Assembly: GCA_009691465.1 (NCBI GenBank)
Contig: SICK01000002.1
Location: 9,951-73,950 of the forward strand
Length of the DNA stretch: 64,000 bases
Direction: 5' to 3'
Source of the DNA: Candidatus Kaiserbacteria bacterium
GTDB lineage: Bacteria; Patescibacteriota; Minisyncoccia; Phycocordibacterales; SBAW01
Below are positions 20,791-29,673 of the stretch, piece after piece (the stretch's first letter is position 1; every line of letters starts with the position of its first letter). The position numbers were made by a program, and so were the translations under genes. The notes below the pieces were generated by a model. The model was not told where the DNA came from and did no database searches. It saw only the letters and a program-made list of their open reading frames with translations.

Positions 20791-22095
20791 CTATACGAAC
20801 GAGTCGGGGATGGGGAATTTTTGAGCGAGCTCTTTTATTTCTTGGCGAATGGTATCGAGTTTGGATTGGTCATCTTTATTTTTCATCGCGTCGAGCATGA
20901 GCTCCGCCACCCGGGTACACTCCCCTTCTTTAAACCCGCGAGTGGTAATGGCCGGGGTGCCAAAGCGGATGCCCGATGGGTTAAACGGCGGCCGCGTATC
21001 ATCGGCGATAGCATTTTTGTTGAGCGTGATACCGACCGCGTTGAGCGTCTCCTCGGCGGCCTTGCCCTCGATACCCAAGCTCCCGAACACGTCGGCAAGA
21101 ATAAGATGGTTGCTCGTACCACCGGCGAGCATGCGTACGCCGCCTGCACGAAAGACTGTTTCCATCGCTTTGGCGTTCTTGAGTATCTGTGCGGCATAGG
21201 TTTTAAACGCCGGCTGCAGCGCCTCGCCAAACGCCACCGCTTTGGCGGCTATCTGATGCATGTGCGGCCCACCCTGAAAGCCCGGGAACACGGCACGGTC
21301 AATGAGCGTCGGCAGGTTTTCTATAGTTTTCTCCGGCGCTTTCATGGGGTTGGACACTACCCCTTTGGTCATGATGAGCCCGCCGCGCGGGCCCCGCAGC
21401 GTCTTGTGGGTCGTCGTGGTAACGATTTGGAACCCGTAGTCGAAGGGGTTCTTAGCAACCCCGCCGGCAATAAGCCCGGCGATATGCGCTACGTCGGCCA
21501 TGGCCACTGCACCCACCTCGTCGGCAATCGATTTTATCTGTGCCCAATCAAGCTCGCGCGGATAGGCAGAGAAGCCACCGAGGATCATTTTGGGCTTCTC
21601 GCGCACCGCGGTGGCGCGCATCTCGTCGTAGTCGATCTCGCCGGTTTCGACGTTTTTCATTTTGTAGCGCACAAAGTTGTAGAGCTTCGACATGTAGGTC
21701 ACGGGGTGCCCGTGGGTCAGATGCCCGCCGTGCCCAAGGTCCATGCCCATGATCGTGTCGCCCGGCTCCATCCACGCAAAGTACGCGGCGATGTTGGCGT
21801 TGGCCCCGCCGAGCGGTTGTACATTGGCGTGGTCGCACCCGAAGAGTTTTTTTGCCCGCTCGATCGCGAGCGTCTCTACCTCGTCAGTAAACTCTTGCCC
21901 GCCGTAGTAGCGCTTGCCCGGGTAGCCCTCGGAATATTTGTTGGTAAACACCGAGCCGTTTGCCTCGCGCACCGCGCGGCTGACATAATTTTCGGACGGA
22001 ATCAGCTCCAACCCCTCGGCCTCGCGCTGCTCCTCGCCCTGTAATGCTCCAAACACTTCTTTGTCCTGGCTTTCAATAGATTCGTAGAGATTCAT
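20791..22095 (-). CDS. glyA: serine hydroxymethyltransferase
   Basis: PLP-lysine region and full SHMT fold, 434 aa. Confidence 0.95.
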   Translation of the reverse strand: MNLYESIESQDKEVFGALQGEEQREAEGLELIPSENYVSRAVREANGSVFTNKYSEGYPGKRYYGGQEFTDEVETLAIERAKKLFGCDHANVQPLGGANANIAAYFAWMEPGDTIMGMDLGHGGHLTHGHPVTYMSKLYNFVRYKMKNVETGEIDYDEMRATAVREKPKMILGGFSAYPRELDWAQIKSIADEVGAVAMADVAHIAGLIAGGVAKNPFDYGFQIVTTTTHKTLRGPRGGLIMTKGVVSNPMKAPEKTIENLPTLIDRAVFPGFQGGPHMHQIAAKAVAFGEALQPAFKTYAAQILKNAKAMETVFRAGGVRMLAGGTSNHLILADVFGSLGIEGKAAEETLNAVGITLNKNAIADDTRPPFNPSGIRFGTPAITTRGFKEGECTRVAELMLDAMKNKDDQSKLDTIRQEIKELAQKFPIPDSFV

Positions 22096-22117
22096 AGTCG
22101 TTTAAACTAGTATAGCC

Positions 22118-23065
22118 TTATCCGTGGAGTTTTTTGTTGTAGCCGCCGGCCACCGTGAGTTCGGCCTTGATGCCTGCGTGCGGCTCGTAGCCCTCGAGCA
22201 GTACCATTTCGGGCTTAAAGTCCTCAAGCGAGTTGACGGTGCCATTGATACGCAGCGTGGGGAAAGGTTTTGGTTCGCGCGCAAGCTGCTCTTTGACCTG
22301 CTCGCGATGATTTTCGTACATATGAAAGTCGCCGAACGTATGGATGAACTCCCCCGGCTCTCTGCCGAGCACTTTGGCGATGATGACGGTCAGGAGCGCG
22401 TAGCTCGCGATGTTAAACGGCACACCGAGGAATATGTCCGCCGAGCGCTGGTAGAGCTGGAGACAAACTTTGCCGTGCTTGATGTTGACCTGGTACATAT
22501 TGTGACAGATAGGAAAGCGCGCCCCCTGCCCCGGTTTGGCCATCTTGTACATGTACTGCGGGTCCCATGAGGTCACCAGCGTGTTGTGGGCGTCGGGGTC
22601 CTTGTGCAACTCGTCTACCACCCAGCCGAGCTGGTCCACGGTCCGCCCGTCTTGCGCAGGCCATCTTCGCCACATCTCACCGTAGATATGCGGTAGCTCA
22701 CCGTTTACTTTTGCGAAGTCGGCGTCGTTTTTTATCTTCTCAATAAACTGCTCTTTAGTGAGTTCTCCCTGGTGCTTTTCGTTGTAGATCTTATACGGAT
22801 AGTCGTCCCAGATGTGCACGTTGTTGTCCACCAGATATTTTATATTGCTCTGTCCCGAAAGAAACCAGTACAACTCCTGCAAAACGCCGTTCCAATATAC
22901 TTTTTTGGTCGTCAGCAACGGAAAGCCCTGCGACAGATCAAAACGTATCTGTGCCCCAAACACGCTATAGGTTTTGACCCCCGTCCCGGAGTCCACCTGC
23001 TCCTCCCCCGCTTCAAGCGTCTGGCGCAAGAGGTCTAGGTACTGGGTCTCGGGGTGCTTGTCCAT
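22118..23065 (-). CDS. thyA: thymidylate synthase (ThyA type)
   Basis: Conserved ThyA motifs (LQLYQRSADIFLGVPFNIASYALL); start trimmed to MDKHPETQYL after dcd stop. Confidence 0.9.
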   Translation of the reverse strand: MDKHPETQYLDLLRQTLEAGEEQVDSGTGVKTYSVFGAQIRFDLSQGFPLLTTKKVYWNGVLQELYWFLSGQSNIKYLVDNNVHIWDDYPYKIYNEKHQGELTKEQFIEKIKNDADFAKVNGELPHIYGEMWRRWPAQDGRTVDQLGWVVDELHKDPDAHNTLVTSWDPQYMYKMAKPGQGARFPICHNMYQVNIKHGKVCLQLYQRSADIFLGVPFNIASYALLTVIIAKVLGREPGEFIHTFGDFHMYENHREQVKEQLAREPKPFPTLRINGTVNSLEDFKPEMVLLEGYEPHAGIKAELTVAGGYNKKLHG

Positions 23066-23069
23066 AGTA

Positions 23070-23633
23070 TTACTTCTTAGATTTTTTGGCCGCCTTTTTT
23101 TCAGGTACGTAGTGCTTCCAATTGTCTTTTGCAAACCGGCCGACATCTTTATAGTTTTGGCGCGGAGGCGATGACAGCCCGGAGAAGGTCAGCTGGGCTA
23201 TTTTCATCCCGGGCCGGAGCACTATGGGAATATTATTCTGATTGGTTATCTCGAGCGTGATGTTGAGAAAGTGACCCGGGTTCACGATTCCGGCCGTGTT
23301 GTGGATCATAAGCCCCACGCGCGCCAAAGAGGACTTGCCGGAGAGTTGTATAAGATAGTGGTCCGAGCCGAAAAAGTCTTTGGACGTGCCCAACACCGAG
23401 ATGCCGGGACGCAGGATGAACTCCTGGCCGTCTTTGAGCTTAAGCTCGGTAGTCTTGGCAAATATCTTTTTTTGCGGGTCTATCACCACCGCGGTATACG
23501 CGTCGTTGAGCAAAAAAATGTTGCCGAGCAGGATGTCGTAGCTCGCCGGCCCCAGCCGCGACTCGTCGAACGGCCTCATGACAATGTTGCCGTTTTTAAC
23601 CTCCTTCAAAATATCGGTGTCTGAAAGAAACAT
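23070..23633 (-). CDS. dcd: dCTP deaminase (possibly bifunctional dCTP deaminase/dUTPase)
   Basis: dUTPase-fold Dcd family pattern; start trimmed to MFLSDTDILKE after CYTH gene stop. Confidence 0.85.
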   Translation of the reverse strand: MFLSDTDILKEVKNGNIVMRPFDESRLGPASYDILLGNIFLLNDAYTAVVIDPQKKIFAKTTELKLKDGQEFILRPGISVLGTSKDFFGSDHYLIQLSGKSSLARVGLMIHNTAGIVNPGHFLNITLEITNQNNIPIVLRPGMKIAQLTFSGLSSPPRQNYKDVGRFAKDNWKHYVPEKKAAKKSKK

Positions 23634-23634
23634 A

Positions 23635-24309
23635 TTATTGTATGGTAAATATTTTATCCGTCCCGTAATACTCGGGCCAATGCGCATTGTAATGCGCAAA
23701 CATCCGCTCGAGCCGCTCCTGCTGCAACTCTTCGACCCCGCACTCCTGCATAAGCGCCGCGATACGCTCCCGGGCGGCCGCAACCTCTTCCTCCGTGCCG
23801 ACCACCATTTCGAACTCTGCAAGCCAGCCGTAGCCGGCGTTGCGGTCGAGGCAGACGGTCGTATCTTTAAACGCGTACTCCTCGCGCTCGCGCGACCACT
23901 TGGCCTGGTAGCGAAACCCGGCGCTGATGAGGATCTGGTCGAGTTGCTCGAGGGTCAAGTCTACCCGCTCTTCAAACTCCATGCGCGCCACCCCGTTGGC
24001 GCTACTGTCGGTCCCCACCGATGCTTTGACCACCAACAACACCTCGCCGTCCTTGTTGCGTGTGCGGACCGACGACTGTGTCGCACGCAGCGCAAGGTCG
24101 ACAAGTACTTCGTGCAACTTCGGCGACAGATGGCCTTCTATTTTTTTAACCAACGCCTCAAGCGTACCTCCGGTAAAATAGTGATTGAGCTGTTTGTTTT
24201 TTGAGGTGCACTTCGAGCGAGGGTCGAGCGTGCGTATTTTATTGCGCAGTATTTCTGCTTGTTCGGAACTTCCCAAAAGCGATTTAACCTCTACCTCGTA
24301 CTGCTGCAT
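23635..24309 (-). CDS. CYTH-domain protein (triphosphate tunnel metalloenzyme)
   Basis: N-terminal EVEVK (ExExK) CYTH signature; 224 aa; first gene of CYTH-dcd-thyA-glyA block. Confidence 0.7.
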   Translation of the reverse strand: MQQYEVEVKSLLGSSEQAEILRNKIRTLDPRSKCTSKNKQLNHYFTGGTLEALVKKIEGHLSPKLHEVLVDLALRATQSSVRTRNKDGEVLLVVKASVGTDSSANGVARMEFEERVDLTLEQLDQILISAGFRYQAKWSREREEYAFKDTTVCLDRNAGYGWLAEFEMVVGTEEEVAAARERIAALMQECGVEELQQERLERMFAHYNAHWPEYYGTDKIFTIQ

Positions 24310-24385
24310 AGCCCTATCCTAGCGCGCCGCTCTCTGGGGGCCCTGGGGATAAAAGGTGGATAAGGCACCATGCTATAGTCGCCCC

Positions 24386-24892
24386 ATGGAGTCAAAGCGC
24401 CCTACCGTCAGTATGATAGTCGCGATAGGCCAGAACCGGGTCATCGGCAAGGGCAATACCCTGCTATGGCACCTCCCCGACGACCTTAAACACTTTAAGC
24501 ATCTCACGGTGGGCCACCCGTGCATTATGGGCCGGCGGACCTTTGAGTCTATTGTAGCGATGCTTAAAAAACCTCTCCCGGGCCGGACAAACATCGTGGT
24601 GACCCGTGACACTGACTGGCACTATGACGGAGTCATGGTGGCCCACTCGCTTGAAGAAGCGTTGCAAAAAGCAAAAGAGATAGATACCGAAGAAGTGTTC
24701 GTCATCGGCGGCGCACAACTATATGCGGCTGCACTGCCGTACACGGACCGCCTCTACGTGACAGAGATCGACGACACCAAAGACGGTGATGCGTTTTTCC
24801 CCGAGTACGAAGACCTATTCACTAAAAAAACTGCAGAAGAACCCCGTGAGCATGAGGGCCTGAAGTACCGCTGGGTAGTGTTAGAAAAATAA
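24386..24892 (+). CDS. folA: dihydrofolate reductase
   Basis: MIVAIGQNRVIGKGNTLLWHLPDDLKHFKHLT... DHFR signature; exact start (24356/24386/24416) uncertain. Confidence 0.85.
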   Translation: MESKRPTVSMIVAIGQNRVIGKGNTLLWHLPDDLKHFKHLTVGHPCIMGRRTFESIVAMLKKPLPGRTNIVVTRDTDWHYDGVMVAHSLEEALQKAKEIDTEEVFVIGGAQLYAAALPYTDRLYVTEIDDTKDGDAFFPEYEDLFTKKTAEEPREHEGLKYRWVVLEK

Positions 24893-24923
24893 AAAGGCCC
24901 GGGATTGCTCCCGAGCCGATACC

Positions 24924-25322
24924 TTACTGAAGCACCGATTCTGCGACGACTCGCAGATAGCGGGGGCGATTGCGTTTGTTGGGCCCGAGGAGCTCCTCGG
25001 CCATTTCGGGGCAGTTGTGGAAGTATTTGACGATCGCCGTATACTCCGCAGGCAACAACTCAGCGCCCCAAAACTTGCTCCGGCACCAGGGTGAGAGCAC
25101 CTCCGACGTAGGGCGCAACAACACGCGCCATAGCAACGTCATCCGCGCCTCCGCGTGGACATAGTCCGCCGGGATAATTAGAAACGCCAGGACTGCCTCT
25201 GCCACGGTCCCCTGGCAAGAGATCAACTGGACCGCCCGATTGAGCTCCCGCTGGTCCCAGATATTTTTTTGACGCAACTCATACACAACCTGTGCAGTCT
25301 GTGCCGCCAAACTCTTCGTCAT
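24924..25322 (-). CDS. hypothetical protein (occupies the position where rplA would be expected)
   Basis: 132-aa ORF downstream of rplK with no similarity I can recognise to L1. Confidence 0.4.
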   Translation of the reverse strand: MTKSLAAQTAQVVYELRQKNIWDQRELNRAVQLISCQGTVAEAVLAFLIIPADYVHAEARMTLLWRVLLRPTSEVLSPWCRSKFWGAELLPAEYTAIVKYFHNCPEMAEELLGPNKRNRPRYLRVVAESVLQ

Positions 25323-25413
25323 AGTGGCTCCGCTTGTTTACCGTTTTTTTACGCGGTTGCTACAAAACGCAAAACGCCACTGGTACTGACCAGTGACGTT
25401 TATAACACAAAAA

Positions 25414-25836
25414 TTATTTTACGTCCACTCCCATCGAGCGGGCAGAACCGGCGATGATGCGCATGGCTTCATCAATGCTGTGCGCGTTGAGGTCGGGCAT
25501 TTTCTTTTCTGCTATCTCGCGTACCTGTGCCTTGGTGATGATACCCACCTTGGAGGTGTTGGGCTTGCCGCTTCCCTTTTCTTTGCCGATGGCTTTGAGG
25601 ATAAGCGATGATGCGGGAGGAGTTTTGAGTATAAAGTCGTATGAGCGGTCCTCATAGACGGTGATCTCTGCGGGGACAAGGTCGCCCGCCATACCCTTTG
25701 ACGCCTCATTGAACTTCTTTACAAATTCGCCGATGTTGATGCCGGCGGGCCCAAGCACCTGGCCCATGGCCGGAGTAAGGGTGGCTTTGCCGCCCTGGGC
25801 GATGATCTTTATTTTTTTGGTTACTTTCTTAGCCAT
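25414..25836 (-). CDS. rplK: 50S ribosomal protein L11
   Basis: Full L11 sequence pattern ([21 protein letters not shown]). Confidence 0.95.
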   Translation of the reverse strand: MAKKVTKKIKIIAQGGKATLTPAMGQVLGPAGINIGEFVKKFNEASKGMAGDLVPAEITVYEDRSYDFILKTPPASSLILKAIGKEKGSGKPNTSKVGIITKAQVREIAEKKMPDLNAHSIDEAMRIIAGSARSMGVDVK

Positions 25837-25855
25837 ATAAGTTGAGAGACAGTAG

Positions 25856-26407
25856 TTATATCCTTTTTACCTGGAGGAAATCAAGCTCTACCGGCGTTTC
25901 GCGGCCGAACATCGCCACCAGCACTTTGACCTTGCCGCGACTCTCGTCCACCTCGCCCACTTTGCCGTCGAGGTCCTTAAACGGCCCATCGACGATAGTG
26001 ACCGCGTCGCCCACTGCCATATCGATAGCATGTTTGACCGAGCCTTCGACCGCCTGCATGCGGCCCAGGAGCGTATCCACCTCGTCTTGTCGCAGCGGCA
26101 CCGGGTTGACCCCCGAGCCCACAAAGCCGGTCACGCGGGGCGTGTTGCGCACGATGTACCACGACTGGTCGTCCACGATCATTTCTACCAGCACATAGCC
26201 GGGGTAGACTTTTTCCTCCTCCTCTACGCGCCGACCGCCTTTGATTTTGATGGTGCGCTCGGTAGGCACCACTACTTGGAAGATCTTGTCGGTGATGCCG
26301 AGCGACTCGATGCGCTGGCGCAAGTTGCGCGCCACCGCGTTTTCATAGCCCGCATAGGTGTGTATCGCGTACCATGCTCTGCCAACAGAAGTATCTTGTT
26401 TGGCCAT
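25856..26407 (-). CDS. nusG: transcription termination/antitermination factor NusG
   Basis: NGN domain ([14 protein letters not shown]) and C-terminal KOW. Confidence 0.9.
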   Translation of the reverse strand: MAKQDTSVGRAWYAIHTYAGYENAVARNLRQRIESLGITDKIFQVVVPTERTIKIKGGRRVEEEEKVYPGYVLVEMIVDDQSWYIVRNTPRVTGFVGSGVNPVPLRQDEVDTLLGRMQAVEGSVKHAIDMAVGDAVTIVDGPFKDLDGKVGEVDESRGKVKVLVAMFGRETPVELDFLQVKRI

Positions 26408-26412
26408 AGAGA

Positions 26413-26595
26413 TTAAATGATGTTTTTAATGACCGCGGAGAAAAGGTAATCGAGCAGGCCCAGATAGAGCGCGGTACCAAGCGATATCGCTATAACCACG
26501 ATGGTGTACATAATAGTAAGCCGGCGACTGGGCCAGCTGACGTGCTTCATCTCGGCGCGAACATCCCTAAAGTAATTGGTGATACTCATGGTCAA
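26413..26595 (-). CDS. secE: preprotein translocase subunit SecE
   Basis: 60-aa single-TM protein directly upstream of nusG. Confidence 0.8.
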   Translation of the reverse strand: MTMSITNYFRDVRAEMKHVSWPSRRLTIMYTIVVIAISLGTALYLGLLDYLFSAVIKNII

Positions 26596-26616
26596 AAATA
26601 GCTTGTTTCTCCTAAG

Positions 26617-26640
26617 AAAAAACCCCTCTCGGGGTCTTTT
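26617..26640 (-). terminator. rho-independent terminator after the SIMPL-domain gene
   Basis: accccgagaggggt hairpin followed by T6 on minus strand. Confidence 0.5.
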
Positions 26641-26676
26641 CTCTATACTACTCCTAAGTTTTTAGGGAGTCAACTC

Positions 26677-27459
26677 CTACCGGATTTCGTAGGTTACGGA
26701 CACATTCGAAGTGACTTTGTTCTGACCCACGGATATCTCGGGGGCCGCCGGTGCGGGAGCTATGGAGTCTGCCGTTGCCATACCCATGCCCTTGGCATAA
26801 TAGATCGGGCCACCGTTGTTCTCGTTGAAGGACACAACACGCACCAGCTTGACGCCGAGCTGCTTGGCGAGTTCGTCGGCCTTGCCCTTGGCATCGGCAA
26901 TGGCTTTGCCGCGCGCTTCGTCCTGCATCTTGTTCGGATCATCGAACGTAAAGTTGAGTCCCGACACTTCGGTCGCACCCTTGCCGCCGACACCGGTCAG
27001 GAGGTCGCCGGCTTTGGCCGTGTCACGCGCTTTGACGCTCGTGGTTTGGCGCACTTCGTAGCCGCTCAATACTTGCTTGCCACCCGGGCAGTAGCCGTTG
27101 GTGCAGACCTGCTGGACATAGTCGTATTGCGGGTTGACCGAGTAGTCGGTGGTTTGTATATCTTTTTTATCAATGCCGGCATCGGTAAGGTACTTGGTAA
27201 CCGCATTTATTTTTGCCGTGGCATCTTCTTGTGCCGCAGCGACGGTCGCTTTTTTGGACGAGACCGAGAAGCTAAACGTTGCAATGTCGGCGACGGCAAA
27301 CGCCTCACCATAGCCACTGACGCTGATAGTGTTGGTCGGCTGTACACCGGAGCCTATGTAGCGCAGACCCATCAGGGTACCAAACGACTGCAGACCCAAA
27401 AATACGATTAATGCGACTACGGCCCACTTGACCACCCCACCTTCAAATAATTCTTTCAT
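26677..27459 (-). CDS. SIMPL/DUF541-domain periplasmic protein
   Basis: N-terminal TM/signal, DUF541-like pattern. Confidence 0.65.
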   Translation of the reverse strand: MKELFEGGVVKWAVVALIVFLGLQSFGTLMGLRYIGSGVQPTNTISVSGYGEAFAVADIATFSFSVSSKKATVAAAQEDATAKINAVTKYLTDAGIDKKDIQTTDYSVNPQYDYVQQVCTNGYCPGGKQVLSGYEVRQTTSVKARDTAKAGDLLTGVGGKGATEVSGLNFTFDDPNKMQDEARGKAIADAKGKADELAKQLGVKLVRVVSFNENNGGPIYYAKGMGMATADSIAPAPAAPEISVGQNKVTSNVSVTYEIR

Positions 27460-27476
27460 ACGATGTTCAGACGGCC

Positions 27477-28157
27477 CTATAGGGCGTTTATTACGGCCAT
27501 AAACTGCTCATACGGCAGTGCTCCGGAGATAGGTACTTGCTTGCCTTTGCCGTACACGATGGTAAATGGCGTGCCGTTGCCGCCGTTTTGTTGTGCCTCG
27601 GCGGCGTCTTGGTCGACACGCTTGCTTGCCGCTCCCGACGCGACGCAAGTACTAAACTTTGTTTTATCCGCACCAAACTGCACCGCCAGTTGTGCATAAT
27701 AGGCATCACTCATTTTGCTCTGGTCGGCGAATATTGCATCGGAAAACTTCCAAAATCCGTCGTTGCCGAGCTGCTCAAAGATGCACTCCGAGGCTATTGC
27801 CGCCGGCTTTGCATTGGGATGGATAGACTCGAGCGGCAGGTGGCGGTAGACCCATGCGATGTTGCCGTTGCTCTCCGAAACAATCTGTTTGAGTGTAGGA
27901 TCTACGCGCGAACAGAACGGGCACTGGAAGTCGGAGTACTCGATGAGCACAACGGGGGCGCTCGGCGAACCGATGATATGGTCGTCTACCGAGGGCGCGC
28001 GTACGTGGGTCTCTACGGCCGGTACATCCCCCGCTGCCGCAACGCCTTGCACGGTTGTTGGATTGGCATTCGTAAAGACGATAGCGGCGGCGATAATAAC
28101 GCCCGCGATAATGATAGCAATAGAGGGAGAGATTTCGAGCGGTTTAGTTTCTGACAT
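27477..28157 (-). CDS. DsbA-family thiol:disulfide oxidoreductase
   Basis: N-terminal TM anchor, thioredoxin-fold CPFC active site. Confidence 0.7.
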   Translation of the reverse strand: MSETKPLEISPSIAIIIAGVIIAAAIVFTNANPTTVQGVAAAGDVPAVETHVRAPSVDDHIIGSPSAPVVLIEYSDFQCPFCSRVDPTLKQIVSESNGNIAWVYRHLPLESIHPNAKPAAIASECIFEQLGNDGFWKFSDAIFADQSKMSDAYYAQLAVQFGADKTKFSTCVASGAASKRVDQDAAEAQQNGGNGTPFTIVYGKGKQVPISGALPYEQFMAVINAL

Positions 28158-28172
28158 GCGGCAATTGTACTA

Positions 28173-28586
28173 CTACTTCTGCGCGCGGAGCAAATCGCGG
28201 ATTTCTTCAAGCAGGCGCTCCTGCGCGGGCTTTTCGTACGGAGGGGTCTCCTTTTCTTCCCCGCGTACAAACAGGCGCTCGCGCGCGACGGACAGCGCCT
28301 TAAAGACGGCAAATATCGCGAGTGATACCACCAAAAAGTTGAAGAGTGCCTGCAAAAACGCGCCGTACTTAATGACCACTCCCGCGCCGGCGCTCCAAGC
28401 GAGTGTTTTGAGGTCAACGTTGTTAGTGAGCACACCCAAGACCGGCATGATGATGTCGGACACGAGCGAGTTAACGACACCGCTAAAAGAGGTGCCGATG
28501 ATAACCGCAATAGCGAGCTCGAGCGCATTGCCCTTGATGGCAAAGCGTCTGAACTCCGAAAAAAATCCTTTAGTGCGATGCAGCAT
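28173..28586 (-). CDS. mscL: large-conductance mechanosensitive channel
   Basis: MscL TM1 signature (ALELAIAVIIGTSFSGVVNSLVSDIIMP). Confidence 0.9.
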   Translation of the reverse strand: MLHRTKGFFSEFRRFAIKGNALELAIAVIIGTSFSGVVNSLVSDIIMPVLGVLTNNVDLKTLAWSAGAGVVIKYGAFLQALFNFLVVSLAIFAVFKALSVARERLFVRGEEKETPPYEKPAQERLLEEIRDLLRAQK

Positions 28587-28588
28587 AA

Positions 28589-29014
28589 TTATTTTTGTTG
28601 GAGCTTTTCGATGTCCTGCATGAGCTTCATGAGCCCCCCGCGGATTTCTACCAGTGTTTTGTGGTCCTCGGTCTCGCGGACATCGTCCTCTTCTGTCTCT
28701 TCCTGTATCTCTTCGACATCCTCCTGAATCTCGTCCACATCCTCTTGAATTTCCTCGATGTCTTCCTGGATTTCGTCGATGTCAGCGGCTTGCTCGTTGA
28801 TGGTCATCTGGATAAATATAGCCAAGTATATCGCCTCGAGCGACACCAGGGTGGTCAGCACCAGCAGCATCCGATCCACTTCGACAAACCCTGTCCATAC
28901 CGAAATAAAACTCGCGACAAAGACGAGCGTGTGCACGACAATAGATTGGGGCGAACCGACCCAGCGGGTGACCGCCAAGGCAGAACGCTTGATGTTGTGT
29001 CTGTGTTCCTTCAT
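28589..29014 (-). CDS. DUF1003-family membrane protein with acidic EIQED tandem repeats
   Basis: Two TM helices then DIDEIQEDIEEIQEDVDEIQEDVEEIQEE; start set at MKEHRHN because the longer TTG-start ORF would overlap tRNA-His. Confidence 0.55.
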   Translation of the reverse strand: MKEHRHNIKRSALAVTRWVGSPQSIVVHTLVFVASFISVWTGFVEVDRMLLVLTTLVSLEAIYLAIFIQMTINEQAADIDEIQEDIEEIQEDVDEIQEDVEEIQEETEEDDVRETEDHKTLVEIRGGLMKLMQDIEKLQQK

Positions 29015-29017
29015 GGG

Positions 29018-29091
29018 GGTGGACGATGGGGCTCGAACCCACGACCGCCGGTACCACAAACCGGAGCTCTACCAGCTGAGCTACGTCCACC
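29018..29091 (-). tRNA. tRNA-His (anticodon GTG) with encoded G-1
   Basis: Cloverleaf parsed by hand: G-1 pairs with C73, anticodon loop TTGTGGT, T-loop TTCGAGC. Confidence 0.85.
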
Positions 29092-29117
29092 GTGCGTTTT
29101 TTATACCACACATTGCT

Positions 29118-29603
29118 TTAAACGTGTATCTTTTTACGTTCTTCGGGATAGTGGTGAATCGTATGGTGACAGTTATGACACAACCAAACTAAGTTTTTCA
29201 GCGTATTGTTCTTTCGATTCTGATCAATGTGATGGACCGCCAACACTCTCTTGTCCTCGATGTTGCAGCGCTTACAGATGGGTGGCACTTTGTTGCGCAA
29301 AAGCACACTCCGATATGCGTATAAGCCATTCTTGTAATTGGGATGTTCAGTGCCATGAAAATGAGAGTTTCTCCATTTTGTTTGGCAGGATTTCGAACAA
29401 AAAAATTTTCCGCTCTTTGAACGTTTTATCTGGGTTGGCTTTTTGTATGTTTCTGCCTGACAAAAATCACAATACTTTAACTCTCTAGTCCGGGCATCTG
29501 CATAATGACAAGGCTTAGAGCAGTAATTACCTTGACCACGTGCGACATAAAACGGCTTTGTCTGAAACCCCTTGCCGCATTTTTTACATATTCTAGCTAG
29601 CAC
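29118..29603 (-). CDS. HNH homing-type endonuclease with zinc ribbon
   Basis: HNH core (VHHIDQNRKNNTLKNLVWLCHNCHHTIH) plus CxxC pairs; lower GC than flanks; 26 bp upstream of tRNA-His on same strand. Confidence 0.8.
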   Translation of the reverse strand: MLARICKKCGKGFQTKPFYVARGQGNYCSKPCHYADARTRELKYCDFCQAETYKKPTQIKRSKSGKFFCSKSCQTKWRNSHFHGTEHPNYKNGLYAYRSVLLRNKVPPICKRCNIEDKRVLAVHHIDQNRKNNTLKNLVWLCHNCHHTIHHYPEERKKIHV

Positions 29604-29673
29604 CTATACATGATGGGTCAAATCTAAGCATGAGTAAATACACAAATCAGTGGATATTCAGAAACTTGTGTAT

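Noticed and set aside
20491-22044. 517-aa ORF on plus strand
   Set aside because: Antisense to the membrane-protein gene and glyA. No motifs.
26596-26676. tRNA-Trp expected upstream of secE
   Set aside because: No cloverleaf could be folded. The region instead contains a terminator hairpin.
28690-28790. Possible CRISPR-like short repeat array
   Set aside because: The repeats are 15-nt in-frame codon repeats inside a CDS, with no spacers. No cas genes are present in the window.
28589-29059. Longer TTG-start version of the DUF1003 ORF
   Set aside because: It would overlap tRNA-His (29018-29091). The internal ATG at 29014 gives a family-typical N-terminus (MKEHRHN...).
28595-29488. 297-aa ORF on plus strand
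   Set aside because: Antisense across the DUF1003 gene, tRNA-His and the HNH gene, so it cannot coexist with the tRNA.
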